Positions 29,943 through 39,695 of a DNA stretch of 64,000 nt are shown piece by piece (position 1 is the first letter of the stretch; every line of letters starts with the position of its first letter). The position numbers and the translations under genes are program-made. Source of the DNA: Blastocatellia bacterium (lineage in GTDB: Bacteria; Acidobacteriota; Blastocatellia; RBC074); the NCBI GenBank assembly GCA_038211695.1, contig JBBQVH010000012.1:22479-86478 (forward strand). Direction: 5' to 3'. The notes under the pieces are model-generated. The model was given only the letters and a program-made list of their open reading frames with translations. It ran no database searches and was not told the DNA's origin.

Positions 29943-30279
29943 TAATGGAAATTCTGTTGATAAGCTTGCGCGTCTTCGGCTATATTGTCCCACGTTAAGA
30001 CAATAGAGATTGCCAAACCGTTTGAAATCACCTCTCAATCATCAGCTTGACTGTTGAAGAGAATGAGTGGGGGCCGGAAAAGACACTGGCCCAGTGGCAA
30101 TCGGTTTTGACGCTTCCCAAAAAATCAAAGAAACATACCGAATTCATTAGCTTCGCTTTGCTGGTTTAGATCAAAGGTTCATCGGAAGAGGGCAACGTCT
30201 TCCGCGCGAAAGCCTGCCCCGGGCATTCTCAAGGCAAGCTTTTGTGGTATTCGTCTTAACGAGAGACAAAGCCCGGCAG

Positions 30280-31500
30280 ATGCGAAGGATCAATCCCCAC
30301 AATTTCCACATCGCGACACGCGGTACCTCGCGTGAGATCAATCGCCAGATTGCGCTCAACCTGGTGCATACGCACCAACCCATTTCGCGCGCCGACCTGG
30401 CGCGGCTGATGGGGCTGCGGCGCGGGGCAGTCAGTTTGATCGTCAATGATCTGCTGGCGGAAGAGGTGATCTTTGAAGGTTCGACGGGCGAAAGCCATCG
30501 CGGGCGCAAGCCGACCTTTCTGTACATTGATTCGCGGCAGCGGTGTGCGGTGGCGGTGGACATTCGGGTTTCGGGGACGCACCTGCGCGTGACCGACCTG
30601 CTGGGGCGGCAGTTGGTGGCGACCAGCACCTTTGCGACCGAGCGCGACCCGAAGCGCTTCGTGGCCGATCTGGCCAAGCGGATCAGGAAGGTTCTGGCCG
30701 ATCACAAAGAGGTTGGCGTTTGCGAAGGCGTCGGCGTGGTCGTGCCGGGAATGGTGGATCGCAATACCAGCCGGATCATTCACGCGCCGACACTGGGCTG
30801 GCGCAATGTCGAGATTCGGGAATCGCTGGCGGCGGTAACGGGCCTGCCGATTCACGTCGAAAATTCGGGCAAGGCCTGCGCGCTGGCGCAAATGTGGGCA
30901 ACACGCGGCGATGCCGCAGCGGGCGGCGACCTGGTTTTCGTCAGCGTTTCGGACGGCATCGGCGTGGGCGTCGTCGTCAATGGAGAGATTTTGCGCGGAC
31001 ATCACAACATTGCCGGAGAGTTCGGCCACGTTCCTTTGAGCATTGACGGGCCGCGCTGTTCGTGCGGCGCGACCGGATGTTGGGAAGCGTATATCTCGAA
31101 CCTGGCGACGCTTTCACGTTACTTTGGCCGCGACCTGCGCGACGCCAAACCCATCGCCGCTGAGATCGCTACATTCACAATTGAAGATTTGATCGCCCGC
31201 GCCCGCGCTGGCGACGCCAAAGCCATTGCCGCCGTGCAGGCAACTGCGCGTTATCTGGGGTTGGGACTGGCTTCGATTGTCAATGCGGTAGACCCATCGC
31301 GCATATACATTGGCGGCGAAATTATCGCTGCCTGGGACTTAATCGAATCAGCGGTGCGAACCGCGCTGGCCGAACGCGCGCTTTCGCCGGATGCCGCTAA
31401 AACGGAGATTCGCACCGTCTCGTTAGAAGATCATCCGCGATTACGCGGCGCGGTGGCATTGGTTAGCGCCCCTGCCTTTGCCGCGCCTGCCGTGGCCTGA
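30280..31500 (+). CDS. ROK-family transcriptional repressor (NagC/XylR/Mlc-like)
   Basis: The N-terminal wHTH region (SREINRQIALNLVHTHQPISRADLARLMGLRRGAVSLIVNDLL) is followed by a sugar-kinase/ROK fold (VGVCEGVGVVVPGMVD...). A Cys/His cluster (HVPLSIDGPRCSCGATGCWEAY) is the ROK zinc motif. An alternative start at 30244 is possible. Confidence 0.8.
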   Translation: MRRINPHNFHIATRGTSREINRQIALNLVHTHQPISRADLARLMGLRRGAVSLIVNDLLAEEVIFEGSTGESHRGRKPTFLYIDSRQRCAVAVDIRVSGTHLRVTDLLGRQLVATSTFATERDPKRFVADLAKRIRKVLADHKEVGVCEGVGVVVPGMVDRNTSRIIHAPTLGWRNVEIRESLAAVTGLPIHVENSGKACALAQMWATRGDAAAGGDLVFVSVSDGIGVGVVVNGEILRGHHNIAGEFGHVPLSIDGPRCSCGATGCWEAYISNLATLSRYFGRDLRDAKPIAAEIATFTIEDLIARARAGDAKAIAAVQATARYLGLGLASIVNAVDPSRIYIGGEIIAAWDLIESAVRTALAERALSPDAAKTEIRTVSLEDHPRLRGAVALVSAPAFAAPAVA

Positions 31501-31533
31501 AGACCGACTAAAGCTTTGCTGAGATAAATTTAC

Positions 31534-31929
31534 ATGAGCAATCAACCTACGAATGGCTTAAGTGCGTTCGCGCACCACTGGGATTGGAAAGGCGTCGAAG
31601 TCGAAGATCTTGGCGGTGGCATTGCGCGGCAGATAATTGCTGGCGAGCGCCTGATGATTTGCCGGTTGCGCTTTGCTCCGGGCGTCGTGACTGCGGCGCA
31701 CGATCATCCGCACGAACAGATGACGCTGGTCGAACGTGGCCGCGTCCGCTTCACCATTGGCAGTGAAGAGCGCATCGCCGAGGCTGGCGATGTTCTGCAT
31801 TTCCCTTCGGGCTGCTGGCACGGCGCGACGATGTTGGACGAAGAAGTTGTCTTGATAGACATTTTTACTCCCGTGCGAGAAGACTTTCTGAAACCTGCAT
31901 CCAGCACAAAAGCTGATGTTGTTGCCTGA
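31534..31929 (+). CDS. Cupin-domain protein (monocupin)
   Basis: 131 aa. The cupin motifs AAHDHPHEQMTLVERG and GDVLHFPSGCWHG are present. Confidence 0.7.
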   Translation: MSNQPTNGLSAFAHHWDWKGVEVEDLGGGIARQIIAGERLMICRLRFAPGVVTAAHDHPHEQMTLVERGRVRFTIGSEERIAEAGDVLHFPSGCWHGATMLDEEVVLIDIFTPVREDFLKPASSTKADVVA

Positions 31930-31995
31930 TTTTGCTGAGCAACCCGGAAGCGTTTTCTTAGGCAGTGGTGGTATTCACAATCCCCAACGCTGCCA

Positions 31996-34533
31996 ATGGA
32001 ACTGAAAAGACTCATGCGACTGAATCGAATCATTGCCAAACTTGGGCTGTGTGTGCTGCTGATTCTCGGCACAGGTGTTGTCCGCGCAGCGGATGCCACC
32101 GTCGCGCCCAATGGCGACGGGCAATTCAAATCCATTCAGGATGCGATTATGGCCGCGCCGCAAGGCTTGCCAAGCCAAACGCGTCCGTGGGTGATTCACG
32201 TCAAACCGGGCACGTACAAAGAACTGATCTACGTCCAGCAAGAACGCCGCTTCATCCATCTGGAAGGCGAAGACGCCGCAACGACGATCATCACCTTCAA
32301 CCTGAACGCCAACTTGATCGGACTGGACGGCAAACCGATTGGTACCTTTCGCACGCCAACCGCGCAAATTGATGGCGATGGATTCGAGGCGAACAACATC
32401 ACCTTTGAAAATTCCGCCGGGCCTGTGGGGCAGGCGCTGGCGTTGCGCGTGGACGGCGACCGCGTGGCGTTTCGCAACTGCCGTTTCTTGGGCTGGCAAG
32501 ACACGATCTTTCTGAATCGCGGGCGGCAATTGTTCGAGAACTGTTACATCACGGGCCACGTGGATTTCATCTTCGGCGGGGCGACGGCGTTCTTTGATCG
32601 CTGCCACATTCACGTTCTGCGCGACGGTTACATCACTGCCGCGTCAACGCCGGAAGATCATCCGTACGGATTCATCTTTGCCGATGGCAAAATTACGGGC
32701 GAGCCGGGCGTGAAAACTTATCTGGGCCGTCCGTGGCGCAGTTTTGCGCACACTGTGTTTTTGAATACCGAGATGTCGGAAGTTGTACGGCCTGAAGGCT
32801 GGCACCACTGGACAGGGCCGGAGCGCGAGAAGACGGCGCGCTACGCCGAATTCAACAGCAAGGGGGCTGGCGCGAACGACGCCGCTCGTGTTGCTTGGGC
32901 GCGCAAACTGACTGCCGCCGATGCCCACAACCTCACCGTGGAAAAAGTTCTCGGCGACTGGAATCCAAAAGCCGCGCCGAAAGCCGAAATCGCGCCAGTC
33001 AGACGCAACCCCTACGATCACGCCTTGCTCAAGGGCCGCGTCAAGACCGACATCGAATACGCACAGGCCGGCGGCGAAAGTTTGAAGCTGGATGCTTATG
33101 TCCCCGAAGGCGTGGGGCCTTTTCCCGCAGTGATTTTCGTTCACGGTGGCGGATGGTCGGCGGGGGATAAAGTGGGTGGCAACGATCCGCTGTTTGTGCC
33201 GTTGGCCAACCGTGGCATCGCCTGGTTCACGATCAATTATCGCCTTGCGCCCAAGCATCATTACCCCGCGCCGGTCGAAGACGTTCTTACCGCTGTCGCC
33301 TGGGTCAAAGCGCACGCCAGCGAATACAACGTTGATCCGAAGCGAATCGCGCTGGTCGGTGAATCGGCGGGCGGGCAGTTGGTTGCGCAAGCCGCGATGC
33401 TGGCAAAACCAGGGGAACAAGTCGCTGCCGTCGTACCGTTTTATGCGCCTGTGGATTTCATCGCCGATATGGAGCGGCGCGGCGGATTGAGCACTTCGAT
33501 GCGCGGGTTGTTTGGACGGGCAGAGGCCAGGGCCGATGACGCCACGCTGCAAGTCTTACGCGATGCGTCGCCGCTCAACCACGTCCGCGCAGGCTTGCCG
33601 CCGTTCCTGCTGGTGCATGGCACCGGCGATATGAGCGTGCTGTACGCGTGGTCGCCGCAGTTTCAATCGAAGCTGAAAGCCGCTGGCGTCGAATGCGATC
33701 TGATCACAATTCCGGATGGCCTGCACGGAATGGCACGTTGGGAAAGTTTCGCGCCCCAATACAAAGACCAGGTTACCGACTGGCTGGCCGCGAAGCTCGG
33801 GGCGAAAAGCGCGAGGGGAAGTAATGCGCGCGTGAAGCAGCTTTTCCTGATTGGTGATTCGACGATGGCAGACAAACCGCTCAACGATAATCCCGAACGT
33901 GGCTGGGGGCAGTTGCTGCCCGCGTTTTTCGGTGAAAGCCTGACGATCAAAAACCACGCGATGAATGGCCGCAGCACAAAGAGCTTCATTGACGAAGGGC
34001 GCTGGGATGCCGTGCTCAAACAATTGCGCGCAGGCGATTGGGTTTTTATCCAGTTCGGCCACAACGACGAAAAGAAAGAAGACCCGACCCGTTATGCCGC
34101 ACCGCACGAGGCTTACCGCAAGAATCTGACACGCTTTGTCGAAGAAGCCCGCAGTCGTGGCGCGCATCCTGTGTTGCTGACGCCGGTCATGCGGCGACGC
34201 TTTGACAAGGAAGGAAAGTTTTTCGACACGCACGGCGAATACCCTGATGCCGTGCGCACGCTGGCGAAGGAATTGAACGTGCCGCTGATTGACCTGCACA
34301 AATCCACGCAAGGCTTGATCGAACGGCACGGCGCAGAAGGCTCAAAGAAATTATTCCTGTGGATCAAACCGGGTGAATACAAATCTCTGCCCGAAGGCCG
34401 CCAGGACGATACGCATTTTTCTGAATACGGCGCGCGCGAAGTTGCCGCGCTGGTGGTGGCGAACGTTCGCAAATTGAACCTGGAACTGACTAGATTTCTA
34501 AAACTGGCGGAAACCAACGGTGGGGAAAAATGA
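31996..34533 (+). CDS. Trifunctional pectin esterase: CE8 pectin methylesterase + alpha/beta-hydrolase acetylesterase + SGNH/GDSL (CE12-like rhamnogalacturonan acetylesterase)
   Basis: 845 aa with a signal peptide. The CE8 motifs are [43 protein letters not shown] and [19 protein letters not shown]. The middle domain carries an HGGGW oxyanion motif and a GESAGG nucleophile elbow. The C-terminal region carries [11 protein letters not shown], GWGQ and FIQFGHNDE (SGNH blocks I-III), plus a DTHFSEYG block V. Confidence 0.75.
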   Translation: [845 protein letters not shown]

Positions 34534-35978
34534 ATCAACACAAGTATCCGTATTCTCGGCGCTGTCTTTTTGTTGCGCTTGTTTGCGCGCTGCTGCTGAT
34601 TCGCGGCAACGGCCTGCAAGCGCAGTCAAAAAATGCAGGCAAAGCAAATAGCATTGGCAGCTCCGGCAACACAGGCTGGTCGCAGGTTCCGGCAATCCTG
34701 GCGCGCATCAAAGCGCCTACATTTGCGAATCGCGATTTCGAGATCACGAAGTTTGGCGCAGTTGCCGACACCAAGACTGACAACACCGAAGCAATTCGCA
34801 AAGCGATTGAAGCCTGCAACAAAGCAGGCGGCGGGCGTGTGGTTGTGGCGGGCGGCGTGTTCCTGACCGGGGCAATCCGTCTGCGCAGCAACGTCAATCT
34901 GCACATCGCCGAAGGCGCGACGCTGAAGTTCATTCCCGATCCGGCGAAATACCTGCCGGTGGTGCTGACGCGGTTTGAAGGCACCGAATGCATGAATTTC
35001 TCGCCGCCGATTTACGCCTTTGAGCAGGAGAATCTGGCGATTACGGGCAAGGGCACGCTGGATGGCTCAGCATCGGCGGAGAATTGGTGGGCGTGGAAGC
35101 GGACGGGCAGTGAAGACGTGCGCCGTCTGCTGGAATTCAATGACAAGGGGACGCCGGTTGCCGAACGCATCTTTGGCGAAGGCCACAAACTGCGGGTCAA
35201 TTTCATTCAACCATATCGCAGTCGCAACATCCTGATCGAAGGCGTAACCATCAATAATTCGCCGATGTGGGAGGTTAATCCCGTACTCTGCACAAACGTG
35301 ACGGTACGTGGTCTCACCATCGTCAGCCACGGGCCGAACAACGACGGCTGCGACCCCGAGTCTTGTAAAGACGTGCTGATCGAAGATTGCGTCTTTGACA
35401 CGGGCGACGATTGCATCGCCATCAAATCAGGTCGCAACGACGACGGGCGGCGCATCGGCGTGCCTTCTGAAAATATCGTCGTCCGCAACTCGACGATGAA
35501 AGACGGCCACGGTGGTGTGGTTATGGGCAGCGAGATTTCGGGTGGCGTGCGCAATGTCTTCGTCGAAAACTGCAAGATGGACAGCCCGAACCTTGACCGC
35601 GCGCTGCGCTTCAAATCGAACGCCAAGCGCGGCGGCGTGATCGAAAATATCTTTATGCGCAACGTCCAGATTGGCCGCGTCAGCGAAGCCATCCTGACGA
35701 TTGATTTCCTGTACGAAACCGGCGCGATGGGCGAACACAAACCCATCGTGCGCAATATCCAGATTGAAAATGTAACCAGTGCTTCCAGCCCGCGTGTGAT
35801 GTGGATTGGGAGCTTTGCGGGAGCGATTGCTGATGACATTCGCTTTATTGATTGCACCTTTCGCGGAGTTGAATCAACTGAACAGATTCAGCACGCTGGC
35901 TCCATCTCATTCAAAAACGTAACCATCGAAGCGGCCAAAAAAGGCCGCAGCAAAAATTCACCCGAGGCTAAACCATAA
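34530..35978 (+). CDS. GH28 polygalacturonase / exo-poly-alpha-galacturonosidase (right-handed beta-helix)
   Basis: 482 aa with a signal peptide. The GH28 signature is NDGCDPESCKDVLIEDCVFDTGDDCIAIKSGR, plus HGGVVMGSE and RFKSN. The start ATG overlaps the upstream stop (ATGA at 34530), which suggests translational coupling. Confidence 0.8.
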   Translation: MNQHKYPYSRRCLFVALVCALLLIRGNGLQAQSKNAGKANSIGSSGNTGWSQVPAILARIKAPTFANRDFEITKFGAVADTKTDNTEAIRKAIEACNKAGGGRVVVAGGVFLTGAIRLRSNVNLHIAEGATLKFIPDPAKYLPVVLTRFEGTECMNFSPPIYAFEQENLAITGKGTLDGSASAENWWAWKRTGSEDVRRLLEFNDKGTPVAERIFGEGHKLRVNFIQPYRSRNILIEGVTINNSPMWEVNPVLCTNVTVRGLTIVSHGPNNDGCDPESCKDVLIEDCVFDTGDDCIAIKSGRNDDGRRIGVPSENIVVRNSTMKDGHGGVVMGSEISGGVRNVFVENCKMDSPNLDRALRFKSNAKRGGVIENIFMRNVQIGRVSEAILTIDFLYETGAMGEHKPIVRNIQIENVTSASSPRVMWIGSFAGAIADDIRFIDCTFRGVESTEQIQHAGSISFKNVTIEAAKKGRSKNSPEAKP

Positions 35979-35985
35979 CTTGGTG

Positions 35986-36084
35986 CGAGGTTGGACAAAC
36001 TGTCAGTTTGTCCCGGTCGAGAGAAGGGCATTGGGATATACAAAAGGCCCGCTGATGACGCAGTCAAACTGACAGTTTGACCAA
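35986..36084. promoter_or_regulatory. Pair of near-identical perfect palindromes upstream of the next receptor gene (candidate operator; terminator also possible)
   Basis: 'ggacaaactgtcagtttgtcc' at 35990-36010 and 'gtcaaactgacagtttgac' at 36060-36078. The outer 'ggttgg…ccaacc' segments can also pair. The region lies between the GH28 stop (35978) and the receptor start (36103). Confidence 0.3.
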
Positions 36085-36102
36085 CCCTTTCGGAGAAGCA
36101 TT

Positions 36103-39100
36103 ATGAATCAGAGAGTAAAACAATCTTATTGGCGCGTCGCGCTCCTTCTGCTGTTATCCGCCATAACAGCCGGCGCGCAGGAGTTTCGTGGTTCACTGAC
36201 CGGCAGAGTCACTGATCCGACGGGCGCGGCATTGCCGGGCGCGGCGGTCAGCCTAAGAAATGTAGACACCAACGTGACCGCCAACGCCACAACCAACGAA
36301 GACGGCAGCTACAGCTTCCCGCTGATCGCGCCAGGCAAATACGCACTGACCGTTACGCAGCAGGGATTCAAGCGGGCGCAGCGCGAAACGATTGAAATTC
36401 GCGTGGCCGACCGTCTGACTGTGGACGTGCCGTTGGAAATCGGCGCGGCCACTGAAGCCGTTACCATCACCAGCGACGGGCCTGCATTGGAAACCAATTC
36501 GGTTTCGACTGGTACGGTTGTTACAGGTGAACAGATCAGCGAATTGCCCTTGACCGAAGGCACGGCGTACCAGTTGGCCACGCTGGCGCCAGGCGTCGCG
36601 TACACTGGCAATCCCGCGTTCAGCGGCCCGACCTCGAATGGAAATCTGGCAGCGTTCCGGTCAAATGGCGCAACGGGGCGCAATCAAATCACGCTGGACG
36701 GCACGCCGAACTATGCGTTTGACGGCGGTGTGGGCTTTTCTCCGCCCGCCGACGCGGTGCAGGAATTCAAAGTTCAGACGAATCTGTTCGACGCGCAGCA
36801 GGGATATTCCGCTGGCGGCACGGTCAACGTTGCAGTCAAAAGCGGGACCAATTCTTTGCGCGGCACGCTGTGGTATTTCAACCGTGACCGCAGCCGCACG
36901 GCAAATAACTTCTTTTCAAATCGCACGGGCCAGGATCGTCCCGAACGCACCTATCACCGCTATGGCGGCGTGGTCAGCGGGCCAATCTGGTTGCCGAAGA
37001 ATGTCTTCGGGCCAGCCGCTTACGACGGACGGAACAAAACCTTCTTCCTGTTTTCGTATGAAAAGCTGAAAGACAGCATCGCGGAGCCGCAACTGTTCAC
37101 CGTGCCGACGGCGAAAATGCGGCGTGGCGACTTTTCAGACTTTCTGACGCTTTCAGCGCCGACCTTGATTTATGACCCGGCAACGGCGGTGACCAGCGGC
37201 AGCAACGTCGTGCGCACGGCGTTTGCGGGCAACATCATTCCAACCGCGCGGCTGAATCCGGTGGCGCTGGCTTATCTGAGCTATTACCCGCAGCCGAACA
37301 CCGCAGGCAATGTGGATGGCACGAACAACTATTTCTCAAACCAAATCCGGCGGCAGAACTATCGCGGCTATCTGGGCCGGATTGATCACAAGATCAGCGA
37401 GAAGCAAACCATCTTCGGCAAGTATTTCCACAGCTTCAACCCCGAAGACCGCTACGATTGGGCTGGTATTCAGAACAATTACCCGGTCACCAGCGGCTTT
37501 GAATTTCGCACCAACGACGGCGGCAATGTGGATTACACAATCACGATCACGCCGACGACCGTGTTGGATTTGCGTGTGAACTTCAACCGGTTTGCGCAGC
37601 AACGCAGTCCGGCACAGCCTTTCGATCCGGCGCAATTGGGCTTTACGCCGCAGACATTGGCCACGATGCGCGGGTTTCAATACCTGCCACGATTCGACAT
37701 CAGAACCTACGATGCCACGCGGCCCGTCCGGTCAACGCTGGGATCAAACCGGTCGGATTACAACGCCGGATTGCTGCGCCCCTTTATGATGGGGTCCTTC
37801 CAGTCCACGCTGACCCGGATTTTCGGCAATCATTCAACCAAAGCGGGCTATGACGCGCGCGTGCTGCGCGAAAACCTGACGACCAGCGGCTATCAGGGCG
37901 GACGCTTCTTTTTTGACGGCACCTACACGGCTCCGGCGTCGAACTCATCCACGGCGCTGCGGCAGTTGTATGGGCGCGATGTGGCGGCCTTTCTGCTTGG
38001 GATTCCGACGGCTTCGACTTCGCAAAGCCTGATTGATAATCCGAACAGCTACTCCGTCCAGTCTGTCTATCACGGATTCTTTTTCCACGACGATTGGCGC
38101 GTGTCGTCGAAGCTGACGCTGAATTTGGGATTGCGGTACGAACTGGAACTGGGCCTGACCGAACGTTACAACCGCATTGTGCGCGGCATTGATCTGACAA
38201 CAGTCAGCCCGATTCAAACGGCGGCACAGGCGGCGTACACAACTGCCTACAATGCCAGCCCCGCGAACTTCCCGCTGACACCTGATAAGTTCCGTGTGCT
38301 GGGCGGCGTTACGTATGCCGGTGACAGCAGCAGGGCGATTGCGGATGCGGACAAGAGCAACTGGCAACCGCGTATCGGCGCGGCGTACAGGCTGACGCAG
38401 AAAACGGTTGTGCGCGCGGGCTTCGGCATTTTCATGGCGCCGTTTATGGTCGAAACGCCCAATCAGGTGGGCTTTTCCGGCAATACGCCTTTCGTGGCTT
38501 CGAACAACAACGGGTTGAATTTTGTTGGCACGCTCAACAATCCCTTCCCGAATGGACTGCAACCGACGCTGGGCAACAGCCTGGGGTTGCTGACGCGCGT
38601 GGGACAGGATTTGGGGTCATCGGATGCGCCGATTTTTCCGGTGGATCGCAGGAATGCGAAGTTCAGACGACTGATTTTCGGCGTGCAGCGCGAATTGCCA
38701 GGGCAGTTCGTGGTTGAAGCCAACTACGTCACCGCCTGGGGCTACGATCTTGGTGTCAGCCGGAATTTGAACTTTGTCCCGCGTTCGTATCTGGGAACTG
38801 ATCCAACGACCGACACGGCGGCGAACACCTTTCTGGCAACGACGATCACCAATCCGTTCCGCAACCTGTTGCCCGTCGGCGGCAGCCCCTTCAACACGGC
38901 ATCAACCATCACGCGGGCACAATCGCTGCTGGCCTTTCCGCAATTTACGAATGCCTGGGTGCAGCAATACAACGGCACGAACCGTTACAACTCGCTTCAG
39001 CTTCAGGCGCAGAAGCGACTGTCAAAATCTCTGACCTTCACCGGGACGTATACCTATTCGCATCTGCGCGAAAAGGTCAGCTATCTGAACGCTTCGGACG

Positions 39101-39678
39101 CTGAACCGGAAGATCGTATTTCGCCGGACGACCGTCCGCACCGGTACACTTTTTCTGGCGTGTATCTGCTGCCGGTGGGGCGTGGCCGCAAACTCGGCGC
39201 GAACTGGAATCGCGCTGCGGACGCCGTCATTGGAGGCTGGCAGCTCAACGGCACCTACGAATGGCAGAAGGGCGAACCGTTCCTGCTCAGCAATCCGCTG
39301 TATTTCGCGGGCGACGTGACGCAGTTGAAAAGCCGCGTCGGGCAGAAGAACGACAGCGGGCAAACCTACGGCATTGATGTTTCGGCGTTTGATGCAGGGT
39401 TGGTCCGGCTCTCTGCTTTTGGGTATCGCAACGTTCCCTCGACGCTGGATAACCTGCGCAACCAGGCCTACCTGAACGTCAATCTGTCACTGTCGAAAAA
39501 CTTCAATCTGGGCGAACGGCGGCGTTTGCAGATTCGCGGCGAATTCCTGAATGCCTTTAACCATCCTTACTTTGGTTCCGGCATCAACCTTGATCCAAGC
39601 AACGCGGCCTTCGGGTTCGTGACCACGCAACGCAACAACCCGCGCGACGTTCAGCTTGGCGCGAAGTTCACTTTCTGA
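36103..39678 (+). CDS. TonB-dependent receptor (CarboxypepD_reg + plug + barrel)
   Basis: 1191 aa. Signal peptide [48 protein letters not shown] is the regulatory domain. [11 protein letters not shown] is present. The terminus is ...GAKFTF. Confidence 0.8.
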   Translation: MNQRVKQSYWRVALLLLLSAITAGAQEFRGSLTGRVTDPTGAALPGAAVSLRNVDTNVTANATTNEDGSYSFPLIAPGKYALTVTQQGFKRAQRETIEIRVADRLTVDVPLEIGAATEAVTITSDGPALETNSVSTGTVVTGEQISELPLTEGTAYQLATLAPGVAYTGNPAFSGPTSNGNLAAFRSNGATGRNQITLDGTPNYAFDGGVGFSPPADAVQEFKVQTNLFDAQQGYSAGGTVNVAVKSGTNSLRGTLWYFNRDRSRTANNFFSNRTGQDRPERTYHRYGGVVSGPIWLPKNVFGPAAYDGRNKTFFLFSYEKLKDSIAEPQLFTVPTAKMRRGDFSDFLTLSAPTLIYDPATAVTSGSNVVRTAFAGNIIPTARLNPVALAYLSYYPQPNTAGNVDGTNNYFSNQIRRQNYRGYLGRIDHKISEKQTIFGKYFHSFNPEDRYDWAGIQNNYPVTSGFEFRTNDGGNVDYTITITPTTVLDLRVNFNRFAQQRSPAQPFDPAQLGFTPQTLATMRGFQYLPRFDIRTYDATRPVRSTLGSNRSDYNAGLLRPFMMGSFQSTLTRIFGNHSTKAGYDARVLRENLTTSGYQGGRFFFDGTYTAPASNSSTALRQLYGRDVAAFLLGIPTASTSQSLIDNPNSYSVQSVYHGFFFHDDWRVSSKLTLNLGLRYELELGLTERYNRIVRGIDLTTVSPIQTAAQAAYTTAYNASPANFPLTPDKFRVLGGVTYAGDSSRAIADADKSNWQPRIGAAYRLTQKTVVRAGFGIFMAPFMVETPNQVGFSGNTPFVASNNNGLNFVGTLNNPFPNGLQPTLGNSLGLLTRVGQDLGSSDAPIFPVDRRNAKFRRLIFGVQRELPGQFVVEANYVTAWGYDLGVSRNLNFVPRSYLGTDPTTDTAANTFLATTITNPFRNLLPVGGSPFNTASTITRAQSLLAFPQFTNAWVQQYNGTNRYNSLQLQAQKRLSKSLTFTGTYTYSHLREKVSYLNASDAEPEDRISPDDRPHRYTFSGVYLLPVGRGRKLGANWNRAADAVIGGWQLNGTYEWQKGEPFLLSNPLYFAGDVTQLKSRVGQKNDSGQTYGIDVSAFDAGLVRLSAFGYRNVPSTLDNLRNQAYLNVNLSLSKNFNLGERRRLQIRGEFLNAFNHPYFGSGINLDPSNAAFGFVTTQRNNPRDVQLGAKFTF

Positions 39679-39695
39679 TTGTGAGAACGTTGAAG

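Noticed and set aside
31534-31929. Cupin as KduI (5-keto-4-deoxyuronate isomerase)
   Set aside because: KduI is a ~280 aa bicupin. This protein is a 131 aa single cupin, so only a generic cupin call is justified.
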